From the human T2T-CHM13v2.0 reference genome, Homo sapiens, in assembly GCF_009914755.1 (NCBI RefSeq), contig NC_060942.1: a stretch of DNA of 64,000 bases; one strand, 5' to 3'. The notes under the pieces are model-generated. The model did not search any database. It was not told the DNA's origin and was given only the letters and a program-made list of their open reading frames with translations. Numbering within the stretch: the first letter of the stretch is position 1; the number at the start of each line of letters is the position of its first letter. The position numbers and the translations under genes are program-made. This document shows positions 12,881-27,369 of the stretch, piece by piece.

Positions 12881-15800
12881 CAGCCAGGGGGCCTGGCGGG
12901 CGGCCCACGGGCAGCTGGGGCCCTGGTGCACAGGGCCAGATGGACAGGCGGGAGGACAGGGGTGGCCCTGGCGGGAGAAAGAAATGGGGAGGAGGGCAGG
13001 CAGAGTCGGTGGCCAGTCTGGAGCCAGACGGGGAAGGGAGCAAATCCCTGAGAGGAGTGCCCCCGCACAAGCCCCCCAGCCCGAGCATGCAAGCTCACAC
13101 CAATAAGGGAAGCATGTTTCTTTTTCCTGGTGGCCCTGGCCCTCCCCTTCCTCACTCCCGCCTCTCCCCTCCCCATCAGACCCATCCCCCACGGAGCTTT
13201 GTGTGAGGGATCTCATCGCTGTGACTCCTCGGAGACCTTGGCAGCCTCGCACGCCGGGGCACCGCTTGGGTCAGAAAGGACCTCGGAAGGCTGAAAAAGT
13301 GGGTCGGAGACGGGCTCGCATTGTTCCCGCATGCTGTCAGCCGCAGTCGCCAACTGGCAGCAGGCGACGTGTAGCAGATGTCCGGGAGGACAAAGGCAGG
13401 CACGGTCCCCACCAGCCGCCCGTAATTGACGGCCTTTGTCAGCCATGGCAGAGCTGACGCTCCACCTCCCACCTCCAAGTCCTCCTCACTGCAGCCCCCA
13501 CAGCCTCAGGCCTAGGGGGTCAGGCGCAGCGGGGGAGATGGAGTTTGCAGTTCCACTTGCACTCTTTTGTTTATTGTGTTTTATTTTTCAAAAGTCGGTT
13601 GCTTTGAAGTCTCTTTGGCCAATGAAAATGCCCGTGATGTGATCACACAGTCAGCACTGTTGAGGACCCCCGGATTAGTGGGAGATCAAACCCAGCTCCC
13701 CTCTAGAAGAAGGATTCGAGCCACAGACAGCTTGCCAGTAGCCAATTAGGGTAATTGGAAACTTCTGCCCCGGCGGGGGGGTCCCCGCTGGAATCCTGTG
13801 TTCCTCGCCACTGGCTTCCAGCGCCTCTGTTTTCTCAAAGGGCTGATACTGTCACCACTGGGACCAAGTTAAACCTGGTCCTGGCCCCAGGGGCCTTGTG
13901 GCAAACAGGGCACAGAACGAGACTGGCAAATTAAAACCAAAATTCTAGATGGTGTCTTGCGCTCCACACGCAGGTCTTACTGGGGAAAAGGATGGGAGTG
14001 GGGGCTCCCCAGGACTCGATTTTAGCTAATGCGCTGTGTCACTGCCCCAGCTCGGACGTAGAAGCCCAGCCCTCCGTGAGCTCTTGGGAAAGGGGTGAAT
14101 TCACTGGGTCATGGAAGGGACAGTCAGGTGACCAGCGGGGTCGCCAGATGAAGCTTCCCAGCCGGGAAACAAGACGGGGTTTCTTGGCAGGCCCTGGTCC
14201 TGGGGAGCAGGCCCTGTTGTTGGCTGGAGAGGAAGGTGTGGGGTGGAACAGGTGTCCACATAGCTCCATCTCTGGGGGCTGGAGCACACACTTTGATGAG
14301 CCCCCCCGGAAATGATGTCAGAGCCTAGCCGCTTCCTTATTTGCTCTTTTATTGAGGCCGGGCAGGCCCTGGGTCACTTTGGAGGCCCCTCTTGGTCCAC
14401 ACTGGACTGGCCGGGAGGTGATGGGCGGGGAAGGTTCTCGTGATTGATTGATTCTGAGTCTGAGAGTGGCGAGTGGGGAGAGGCTTCCCCAGTTCTCTCC
14501 AGCTTTCCCTGCAGCTGCAACCTGCCCTCTGGTCCCAGGTGTGGAGCCTTTGCCTGTCTCTAAAAAGAGCCTGTTGGCGACAAGGTGTAGGGGGCACAAG
14601 TTTACCTGAAACAGGTCAGTGGTCTCTCCCAAGAAGCGCACGCCACCTCTGGTCCCTGGCCCTGAACCCTGCCTTCTTCCTCCCTCCACGGTTTCTTCCC
14701 AGACTTTCTCAAGCTCCTCCTCACTGCCCTTCCTCCCCAGCCCAGCCTGGGAACACAGATGCCCCGCGGGTAGAGCCGGGCTGATGCGGGGCTGCTCAGG
14801 GCAGGCCCCAGGGCGAGCTTGCCGTCGTGGCCAGGCAGCCTCCACCTGTGCTTCAGTGGCCCCTGCCCCCCTGAAGCATGTGGGGTTTGTCCGCTAGGAG
14901 GAGGCAAGGCCCCCGAAGAGAGGAGAGACCTGGGAGTGGGAGCTCAGGTCAGGGAGGAGGCAGGGGAGTGGGGTCTCCCAGACCCAACGGTGAGCTCAGA
15001 GCAAGCTTCACGCAGGACGCTCCGAAACACTGTGTGGAGGGGGCTGTGTTGTGGGCACCTTGGGGCCTGATTCTCCTTCCTCCGAACGGGCTCCTTGATG
15101 GCCTGGCCACAGGGGCAGCTCCCCATTGGCTGTTAGGACCAGAGTGTGAAGAAGAAGTGAAATATAAATATGTATACATATATAAATATATTTTTAATTA
15201 CATGTCGTGTCACGGTGGCTCCAGACATACTGTTTGCCTAGTTTATTCCACTGCTTGAAAGCGCTTCCTAGCCAATCTGAACAACAACACTTTAAGCTGT
15301 TTTTCTAAATGCAGGTTGCTGCTCCTTTTTCAGATATGGAAGGAAAACGTTAAGACTATTTTTTTTTTAAAGAAACAACAGTCAAGCCTAAAATTTGAGA
15401 CCCCGAGGCAGCTTCCCGAGGGAGACTGCTCAGACAGGAACTGCAGGACAGAAGTGGATGCCCCACAGACCCTGGCCCCCTCCCCAAGTCCATCCCCTCT
15501 CTGTGGCATGAGGAAGGCCGCGTCCGAGTTGACCTCTGAATGTATGTGATGAGAGGCAGAGCTGGATATTGCATTTCTAAGGCTTGCATTGCTTTCCCCT
15601 CGCCCGCGGTTCTTGGCGCATGGAAGAGGCGGTCCAGCCATCTGATGTTGATCCTGTCTCAGTCTCCCCACTGCCTGTCAGGATGAGTTAGTCATTGTTT
15701 TTCTCCGAGGCGGCCTGCTTGCCACAGCCCTGCTCCCCAAGGCCTGGTGGCTTTGCCGAAGCTCTGGGACCGCAGCCCCAGCGAGGCCCCCAACCTCACC

Positions 15801-16522
15801 CAGACGAGGCCAGGAGCCCCGCCACCCTCCACGGGATGTGCACCCTCAGACCCCATTCTCTCTGTTCGTCCTTCCTTGACCAGTCTGTAAACCTTCACTG
15901 TTTGGGGATCGTCCTGTCCATCCATGTAAATGTAAATGTTGGCCGAGTCGGTATTTATTCTGATTGATTTTTATTTTATTCTATTATTTTCTCCGAGGGA
16001 TGAGGGTGGGGGGTGTGGGAAGGGTACCACAGATCAGGCCGGGGCAGCTGTAGGGGCGGGGGCCCAGACAGCCAGGCCGCCACCAGAGCAGCCCCATGGG
16101 GTGCCCCAGACGCGGGCCTCCAAGAAGCCAAGTCCCAGTCTGTTTTCTGGCATCAGACACCGGCCCGTGTTCCTTGTCAGACAGACAGACTCTCAGGCCT
16201 GCCTGGGGAGTCGTGTCCCTCAGCTGCAGGGCACTGTGTTGGGAAACCATTGGCTGGGCCTTTGAGGACACAGATCAGGAGAAAGAAAGACAACTTTCCT
16301 CTGCGCGGAACACTCACACGGAAGGGCTGGCCGCCTCCCTGAGCCGGCTGGGAGTGGACGACAGGACCTACCTCCCCAGAGCAAGGGCCTGGGGCTTCCC
16401 GCCAAAGCTGCCGCGGAACCCCGCTAGTGCGACCACCCTCCCTCCGTCGGTATGTCCTGCTTTCCAGCTGAACCCAAACTACAAGTGGGTTTAAAAAAAT
16501 AAACACCACCACCAAAAACAAA
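12881..16522 (+). other. CTIF: CTIF 3'UTR (~3.6 kb; cleavage site approximate)
   Basis: No obvious interspersed repeats and relatively CpG-retaining from the stop codon to the AATAAA. Contains U/AU-rich islands at 13565-13590, 15160-15200 and 15952-15990. Confidence 0.85.
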
Positions 16523-16550
16523 ATGCCCAGAGTCTGTGCTCTTTGTGTGT
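16498..16550 (+). terminator. CTIF: CTIF polyadenylation signal AATAAA (16498-16503) with downstream GU-rich element
   Basis: AATAAA, then a CA-rich cleavage zone, then gtctgtgctctttgtgtgtt at ~16532-16550. Confidence 0.85.
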
Positions 16551-17332
16551 TCAGCAAAAGAAACCTTTTCCCCAAGCTCATGTGCCTCAGCTATACTAGC
16601 AGGGCCTCCAGGAGCTGGCCCAGGAGATGAGCTGAGGGGAAGATTCTTGCAAGAAGTTGGTCCAGGAGACCATGGGTGAAGGAGACTTACTTACATCCCC
16701 CAAAACTGGGAACTAACTATGACCTATCCAAAGTGACCTGGACCTGTCCAGGATCAAGCCAGTCCTGGACAAAATGGCTTTTGCACTAAAGGTTTGGTTT
16801 AACCAACCCCCCCCAAACCTACCCCTTCCCTGGAAATGTCACTGTGGCATTTGGCAATGAGTCATTTCAAGAGGGCTGAGATTTGGGCCCAGTGGCTTTC
16901 AAAAGTCAACAGCGAGTGGCTGTCCAGTCCCAGTTGGTCAAATGAGTCTTTCATCAACGAGTCCCCAAAGGGCCCAGTGATGTCTTTTCCTGTGATGACA
17001 TGTCTCTTGTTGTTTTGCACAATCTTGTCTATGGCAAGGCACTGGGGACACTGTTTCCTGGTAACGCTCCCCTTTCCTTGGGGATTCTTTCTGGCTAGAA
17101 CTTGCTGGTCCTTCAGCTCCTTGCAGGGGTCGCACCAGAGCACCAACTCCCTTCCTCCTTCCCTGGCCTGGCTACAATGGCGGCCAGGGCCTCCCAGGAG
17201 CCGGGTGAAGGCATGTTGAGATTCGGGCCTTGCCCTTCACTGAGTCACACACCCACCATGACACTGACAGGGACAGCCAGAAGTCCACAGACTGGGTAGA
17301 GAGAGAGAACATTTTAATTAAACAACAACTGA

Positions 17333-17804
<472 letters not shown>

Positions 17805-19290
17805 CAAATTTATTTTTATAAAAATGCAAAGCAGTAGAAGCAGACATTGGAGGTCAAGATCAAAGGTAGGGCGACGATGAGGAACAGAGAGCCTTATCAC
17901 ACCCTGCAAAAGAGAAAGGAGATTTTCCTGGATGGGCTAGTCCTGCTTCCAGAAGGCCCTAAGTTACTGAATACTACGAGACACAGCATCGAAATAATAC
18001 ATGTTTCAATCCTGATTTCACCACCATCTTTCTGCTTGTAGGCATTCTCTTGTCATTTTAGAGTGTTTGTTTACATTTGTACTGGGATGCTCACAGCGTA
18101 ACTTATAAGGGCCTTTTAAGGACCAAGGCAAAGATGATGATAGCAGAAAAATAAAGGGTTGAGCAGTTGAAATGGGAAAGAAGTGGTCCTGCCTTACTGA
18201 TCTCCCTCATTCCTGCAGTTCCGCAGCGGCTTCCTTACACGGTCTCAGCTGGTCCCGTGAAGTAGGCAGGTGAGTGTTTTCGATTCCCATTTTATAGATG
18301 CGCCAAAGGCTGATCACCAGAAGAGCCAAGGCGAGGGTGAGCCCAGAAAGTGAGTGGGTCCTTCAGACTCCTCATCCCTGCAGCGCCCCAGGGAGCCAGC
18401 CAGTCACACCAGCCAGACAAAAGGAGCAGCCAGCTGCCCCCGGGACTCGGCAGGCTGCGGGCAGGCCACGTGGGCTTCCCGCTTCATTGGTGGAAACTAG
18501 GACCATGATGAAATACCTCAGATCAGGAGATTTCAGTGGAGTGGGCAGAAGGAGCGATGGTGCAGAATTTGGTGCCGTTCTATAAAAGGACCCATTATCA
18601 TATGTGCAGTGTGTGTTGCTGGATCCCAGTTTCCCCCAGGCCAGTGAGGGGGACCCTGATAGGGGGACATATCAAGCATCAGGGTCAATACCCGAATTGC
18701 CTGGGAACATTTTCAAACTACATACTAAAACAGCACACACATACACACCAATATTTTCAGAATTTGGGCCTTGGGGAGCCCCTCTTCTTACTGGTACATG
18801 TGTGCTATGCCTTGGATGGGTGCAAGAGAAAAGATGGTTGAGAGCCGCCATCCATCACTCCTGGAACACAGTACGATGATGGCCATGGAGAGCTGTCATA
18901 AGTAGTGCAGAATTATTGTCTGGGGACAGCAGGCCATGCTGCTGTGCTCTTTTGCAATCTCAGGGTCTGCCATCTTGGCTGAAACAACACTGGCTGGCAC
19001 ATCTGCAACATGGGGCAGGGGCTCTGGCAAGTTGCTTGAATGTGGAACAGAATCCATACCATGGACTCGGGCTGCATTCTCACTCCTATGGGCCTTAGGT
19101 ACTTTTGCCTTCATAGGCCCCTTCTTCCATTTAAAAAAAAAATGGAAATATTATGACTACATTGGTAATAGAGACAAATATATTATTTTTATTAAAACAT
19201 TTTCTCCCACCTAGAAGTTCATTTTTTTACCCCTGATTTTAAAAAAATTAAAACACTTTGTGGGCCCCTAAAAAACATTTTGTGGGCTCC

Positions 19291-19642
19291 TGTCTTAGTC
19301 CATTCAGGCATCTGTAACAAAGTACCATGGACTTGGTGGCTTATGAACAACAGACATTTATTTCTTAAAATACTAGAAGTTGGATGTCCCAAATCAGGGT
19401 GCCAGCATAGTCATGGTCTGGTGAGGGCCTACTTCCCAGTGGCTAATTTATTGGATCTTCATGGCAGAAAGAGAGTAAGAGACTTTGCTGGGGTCTCCCT
19501 TATAAGGGCACTAACCCCATTGATAAGGGCTCCATCCCTCTGACCTCCTCACCTCCCAAAGGCACCTCCTAATACCATCATATTGGGGATTAGGATTTCA
19601 ACATATGCATTTAGGGGACACAAAAACATGCCATCCATAGCA
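19291..19642 (-). mobile_element. MaLR solo LTR (MLT1A/MST-like)
   Basis: tgtcttagtccattc...acatttatttct...gattaggatttcaacatatg...ccatagca with TG..CA ends. Confidence 0.8.
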
Positions 19643-20401
19643 GCACCCTTTGTATATGCCTAACAGGTGTATTGGCCCTACCTGAGTGTCATCTGAGCTG
19701 GGAGTCCCACCTTTCTCTGCTGCCCACCTGATCTCTGGGTGACTCAGGGCTGGGGAGGGGGAGTGGTTCAAAAGCAGTCTTCCAAGGAAGCAGTTGGCCC
19801 GTGCTGGAAGCAGATGCAGTAGCTGCCTCTGCCCTGGACTGGCTGCCAGCCAGACAGCTCCAAGCGCCAGCCAGAGCAGCTGTGTTTGCCGCGCTAAGGA
19901 GGCTGGCCCCTGAGAGCCCGATTCATCACACAGCACTTTCTCCCCTCTGCAGCCCTTTAGCACACATTATCTGGTTACGGTCTCACCAGAGCCCCGTGAA
20001 AGAAGTAAATACAATGCTTATATCCATTTCAAATCTGGGGAAACTGAGGCTTACAGAGCCATCCCATAGGTTTGAATGGGGCTTTATAGTCTTTAAATAT
20101 ATGACTATGTTCGATCCTTACGACAGCGCTGCCAGGTGACATGTTTTTGACACCATTGTAAAGAAGGGAGACAGGCTCACAGAAGCAGAGTAACAATCCC
20201 ATGTCATGGGACCTGTAGGCACAAAGACCAGGCCTCGAATTGCTGCCTTCTTAGTCCTAAGATGGGACTGGTGGGTGGGTATGGGGACCAGGCTGAGGAC
20301 CCAGGCCACCTTTGTGCCTGAGTCCCCTGATCCAGGCCTGTGGAGTGCAGGTCTGTGCTTCCTGCTCAGTGTCCCATAATTCTAACTGGTCTCCATCTTC
20401 A

Positions 20402-21334
<933 letters not shown>

Positions 21335-23289
21335 TTAACCACCTTGGCATGGTCAGTCTCCTGGGAGCTGGAATTTCCAGACAACAGACAACCTCTCATA
21401 GGCCTAGCCCAACTCTGGGTAGGTCCTGGTGCAGGGTCCCTGCCTGTGGCATCTGCTGTGCTACAGAGAGCCAACACCTGGCCCAGGCCTTCCAATGGGG
21501 ACCATTCAGGGCTTGACGAAGCTTCACTTTCCAGCCCCAGAGAGGAAGGACCACCATTCCCCTCCCTTCCCAGAACAAATCAGGTGAAACCCAAATACCC
21601 ACCTAGGCCAAAAGAAGAAAACTTCCAGTGGGAACCAAGACAGGCTAGCAAGGTGAAAAGAGACTTATTCTATAGCATTTCCCCCAAATAACAAAAGTGT
21701 GATTAAAGCAGGTGAGAAGCCAATTTTAACAACACTTGTATGCATACACAGACCCTTGCAATTCTGCACACTCTAAAATCTTACTTTTTGTGGCTTAGAA
21801 TGTTTCAGCACTCAGTGGAGTTTCTGCAGCCAGCAGTCACACCTACAGAGTTTCAAATCCGTGTAAACGCTGTGTCAGCCTAACCACCAGTGTGATTCTG
21901 TGTCATTCGGGGGCAAATGTTGATGTTTCTTGGGTAAGTGAAAGATCATGCAGAGAGCTTCCGGAAGACCATCCTTAGGAGCTGAACTGAAAGAAGGCCT
22001 CTCAGAGGGGCCACAGCCTCCTTCTCCCTGTGCTAGAGACAAGTCCCTAATAGCCATCTATGCTCAATGGGACTCAATGTGTCTCGGGAGCCTGGAAGCC
22101 TTTTTCTGCCCCATTCCTGACATCATGCCACCTACACATCAGACACAAGGCACCCGGCCCACTCCATCACCTCCAGTTCCCAGAAATGTGCAGGGAGCTC
22201 AGGTCAGGGCTCTTGAATCTCCTGCTGACCCAGCAGAACATACGACACAAAGGCATCTCAAAGGCAAACAAAATGGGTGGGAGGGAGGCTCATGGCCCAG
22301 GCGCGTCATCAGTGCAGTCCTGTTCAGCCAGGGCAAGGCTCAGCCGGGTGCAGCTTAGAGGAAAAGGAGAAGTGCTGAGGCTGAGCAGGTGGGGAGGGAC
22401 TGTAACTCATGAGGTGTGTCGCCAGATTGGAAAGGGGGCTCAGGGTCCGTGTTGCCTAGCTACTGCCATGTCACTGTGTGACTAACAAGCCCCAAATCTC
22501 AGGAACTGCAACACAGAGGTTCACTGTTCCTGATCACAGGTCTGCAGATGGGCTGTCTCTGATCCACACCATGGCCTCCCTTTCTGGTGAGAAGGGGCAG
22601 AGCTCAGCATGCAGTGAGTCACAGAAGTTAGAAAGCACGTGCCTCTGTCTACTGCCACCTCTTTCAGGAAGCTCTCCCTGACTGCTCCCTAGTCAGGGTT
22701 ACAGATCACCCCTCGGGGCTCCCACAGCTGCCAGGGATGTTCTGCCACAGTCCTGCTCCCTGGGCATGGCCATTGGTGTGTAGATGGCAGATGCCTGCTG
22801 AGGATGAGCGTGACTTCGTCCCCTCTGTCTCCCCAGCACTAAGCCAGGGCCTGGCCCCAGCAGGTGCCCCATAAGCATGTGGGGGATGAAGGGAATGGTC
22901 CAGGTACTAAGGGACTGAGGGGCTTGGGGAGGGAAGAGCCAGCTGTGCCTGGAGCCACATACTCGAGGCAGGGCACTCAGGGCCAGGGAGGAATACAGGG
23001 TGGGGCACGGGCAGGGCCTTCCAGTGGGGAGAGCTGGGGGTCCTCAGGGGCCTGATGTCTCACTGTCTAGAGAGGCCTGGAGGTGGGTGGGGAGTGCTCT
23101 GTGGTCATGGGTGCCAGAGTCTTAGCCAGTGCGGAGGGCACCTTCGTGCCAGTTAGGAGGTGCCCTTCCTCCAGGTGCCCAGCCCTGCCCCAGAACCCTG
23201 GGAGCTGCCTCAGACCCACAGCTGGGCACCCTTGTGTAGGACACAACCTGGGCGCTGCATGTGAGACTCTCTGGGTGTGGAGTGTGACT

Positions 23290-23863
23290 GTGTTGTGTGG
23301 GGGTGCGGGATGTGGTATATACGCACACACGCAGGGAGCGGGGTATGTGTGGTTGGAGAGGGTTGCGTTGTGTGTTGTGTGGGGTGCGGGATGTGGTATA
23401 TACGCACACACGCAGGGAGCGAGGTATGTGTGGTTGGAGAGGGTTGCGTTGTGTGTTGTGTGGGGTGCGGGATGTAGTATATACGCACACATGCAGGGAG
23501 TGGGGTATGTGTGGTTGGAGAGGGTTGCGTTGTGTGTTGTGTGGGGGTGGGGGATGTGGTATATACGCACACGTGCAGGGAGCGGGGTATGTGTGGTTGG
23601 AGAGGGTTGCGTTGTGTGTTGTGTGGGGTGCGGGATGTGGTATATACGCACACATGCAGGGAGCGGGGTATGTGTGGTTGGAGAGGGTTGCGTTGTGTGT
23701 TGTGTGGGGTGCGGGATGTGGTATATACGCACACGTGCAGGGAGCGGGGTATGTGTGGTTGGAGAGGGTTGTGTTGTGTGTTGTGTGGGGGTGGGGGATG
23801 TGGTATATACGCACGCACGCAGGGAGCGGGGTATGTGTGGTTGGAGAGGGTTGCGTTGTGTGT
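23290..23863. repeat. VNTR/minisatellite, 7 copies of an 81-82 bp GT/G-rich unit
   Basis: Anchor tatatacgcac at 23316, 23397, 23478, 23560, 23641, 23722 and 23804. Confidence 0.97.
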
Positions 23864-26800
23864 ACATGGTGTGAGAATGGAGAATTAGTGTGGTATGCGT
23901 GTGGTGTATGTGTGTGTGCTGTGTGTGGGTGTGTGTGATGTGGGGTGTGTGAATTTGTGCTGCACTTTGCAAGCCTCCCAGGCTGGGTGGCCTCTGTGCA
24001 GGGAGAGCTGGGAGGCCTAGCTGTGAGGGTGCCACGTCCTAGAGCCAGAAACACAGGTGTCTCAGTGGCCAAGCCTTCGCCTGCCCCTGGGAGTGGGGCC
24101 GGCACGGGGTCTGCAATGGCAGAGAACGGGCTGAAGGTCCTCAGTGGGCAGGCACAGCTGGCCTCCCCTCACGAAGGCCCTTCCTTCCAGAACTCTGGAC
24201 TATCCCTTAGTTAGGGAGGGAACGGTCTGGACAGACTGAGCCGAGGAAAATATTCCTGGTCAAGGGATGCCCTCAGCTTGAGGCGCCTGGTCGGAGGCTC
24301 AGAAGAGATCTGGGGGAGATGCCGGGTCCACACAAGGATGATGTTCTGGAAACCGGAACTGCCCAACGGTGGAGGAGGCCGCTTCCTAAGGGAGCAAAGC
24401 CCCACACCCTATGCCCTTGATGAGTTCCAGCAACACTGCGGCCCCCTCAGCCATGGTGTTGGAGGAATCTCCCCTTCACGGTGCAGGGCATGGGTCAGAA
24501 CACGACCCCACAGACCCCTCACCCTCCTGGGTTCTATAGAAGCAGTGGGGATGCCGGGGCCACCTCCTTCCATCAATTGCACCTGCTGCCCCTCCCCAGA
24601 AGTTCCTCCATCGCTTTTCCCCAGTGGCCCCTCCAAATACTCCAGGATACCAGGATGTGGAAGGCACTTTAAAGCCACCCTCTCGTTTTACAGATGAAGA
24701 CCCTGCGGCCCTTACAGGGAAGGGACTCGCCCAAGGTCACAGAGGTACAGCTAACACCACGGGCACGCCTCGAACCAGGCACCCACCTAAGCGCCCTCAT
24801 CTCCTCACGCCACGCCCGAGGTGGGACCTTCTCCATCTTACACAGGGGAGGACTTGGCCTGGGGTTGAGAGAGGCCAACATGGCCCAGGTCACAGCACTA
24901 GAAAGACGGCAGGATTCTCACAGGGTCCCCTCTGCTGCCAAGGCCCTGCTGCTGACCCTGACGCACACACTCGGTGTCCCCCACACAGCGATGAATCAGA
25001 TACGTCCACAGAGAGAGGTAGGAAGAGGTTTAGTGAGGCCAGGCAGCTCACTCGGCTTCTTTGAGCCTCGGTTCATCTGCTGAAAATGGGAATGCACAAT
25101 CCCATCTTGCTAGACTGTTTGGAGAAACAGTGCATGAGCTTTGAGTCCTCCACAAATTACGGCTCTCTTCCCTCTTAACCACGAGACTCGCCCGCCTTGC
25201 TGGGTCTGTCTGCTGCTGATTCTCTTGGGCAGTGGGCGTGCAGTAAAGCCTATCTGCTCTCCCGCTAGGACCCACTGGGACTGGGGTCAGTGGACAGGTG
25301 TTGGTGTGGGGTTTGGCTGAACTTCTAAGCACTTTTGAAGCTGAGACTTAGGTTGCTGGCCTCACCATCCTCAGTGAAGCACTAACAAATGAGCCAAAGA
25401 GTCACCCACCAAACGCCCCACTAAGCACCCATCAGCTGACCCTGAACACCTGCTGGGTGCAAGACAGAGCTGAGCCCTGCCCTGGGAGATACAGAAGGAA
25501 GACACACCTGCCCTACCCTCAAGCCGAGTGTTGCCACTCTAATTGAAGATTTAAGGCCAGTCGCTGTCCAGGTGAATGCCACAGTCCCTTCCTGTGTTCC
25601 CAGTGGGGAACCTGGCAGGCGGCGGAGAGGGCGGCATGTAAAGAAAAGCCCACAATGAGGTGTTCTGCTGACCACACACAGCTGCACCTTCTGGTGATGG
25701 AGTCGTTAATACCTGGAGAGGGGGCCACCCAGCGAGGCAGTGGCGTAGGGACCCAGTCTCCTGGTGGGGAGCTGACCCAGCACACGAGGTCGGCCTCAGG
25801 GTGGGCTGCCAGTGTGCAAACAAGTGCTGCCTGGGGTCAGGCAGACAACGGTCAAAGTCAGAGTCTCTTTATCAGAAGAAGACAGGAAGAATTAAGGGAG
25901 ACATCTTCCTGCAGCATGCAGAATGGATTAAAGGGGAGAGGAACGGTGAGGAACAGCAGGAAAACCAGTTAATTGGCCAGGTGGGAGGCACCTCCATGGG
26001 GGAGGAAAACTAAAGAGGGTTCTGCGGGCTCTGATGTTCAGCCAAGGCCAGCTGTCTCCATCGCGGGCGCCTGGCATGGTGCAGAATGAGGCGTGACACA
26101 GACCTTCATTTTCTGTAGCTGTAATCTACCTCTTTAAATAGCAAAACTTTTTATTTTCATTTTTTGGTAGCAATCTTTCCCCGGGGGATCCTCCACATCC
26201 CAAATTTCTCAGAAGTCAGCGTGTGTTGACTTCCTTGGTGACTCAGGTCCTTCTGACAAGGCTAATGAGTAGACTAGACTGCAACACGGGGTTAGCCTCA
26301 GGATTGTCAAGGTAGACCCCGTCTGCCTTGCTTTTTTAATTACTGGATCTGCATTTTACAATTGTTCTCCCTTCTCTGTCATCATAAAATTCTTCTTACT
26401 ACTATCAGTATACCTGTTGTGGCCTGAGAAACTAGACCACCAAACTTACCCAAACTATTTGCCGAGTAAGAGGAAATAGGCCCTGAGTGAGGGCCTGAGG
26501 GGCATTTTCATACCAAAAAGCATGAGCTTTCCTGCATGAATGGGGGTTCGAAGCCACCCATTGATCTGCTCAGAAACCATCTTTGCCTGCTTTCTCATCC
26601 CCGGTGACTTTCAAAAGTATGGGACCTGCCAGATAAGAAATGTTTTGCTGACCTAGAATTAAAGTTGTGCTAGTCCCTGGGGTCCTCCTGAGGGGCCCCT
26701 GAGGTTGGCTGGGGTTGGGGATGGGACTTATTCTAGTTTTCCAGGGAGGAAGGCTGAGCCTCAGAGGATCAGAATGGGCCAAGATCAGACAGTGAGTCAG

Positions 26801-27028
26801 GGTGAGTCATGCGGCCTCGAGGCCACACCACACGTCCCAGCATCAGAGCTGGGCAGAAGGGAACTGGAGGCCCCTGCTCTCAGGGAAAGGGCACTGGATT
26901 GAGAGTCGGCAGAGAATTCTAGTCCTGCTTCCACCCCAACCAGCTAGGTGCTCATGAAAGTGTTCTTTGGGCCTCAGTTCCCCCATCTGTAAAAGAAGGA
27001 TGGGTATGTTAGATTTTAAGGTGGGTTC

Positions 27029-27369
<341 letters not shown>

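Noticed and set aside
12785-16581. Many 60-175 aa ORFs on both strands in the CTIF 3'UTR
   Set aside because: Expected in GC-rich sequence; no codon bias or recognisable domains.
16745-16771. 9-bp stem hairpin tgtccagga/tcctggaca downstream of the poly(A) site
   Set aside because: Too short for a pre-miRNA and expected by chance in 64 kb.
23290-23863. CRISPR-like regular array
   Set aside because: Whole units repeat with no unique spacers, there are no cas genes, and the context is eukaryotic.
23067-24105. Overlapping 200-327 aa His/Thr/Pro- or Cys/Val/Gly-rich ORFs
   Set aside because: Artefact of the 81-bp (27-codon), nearly stop-free VNTR unit; no splice or promoter support.
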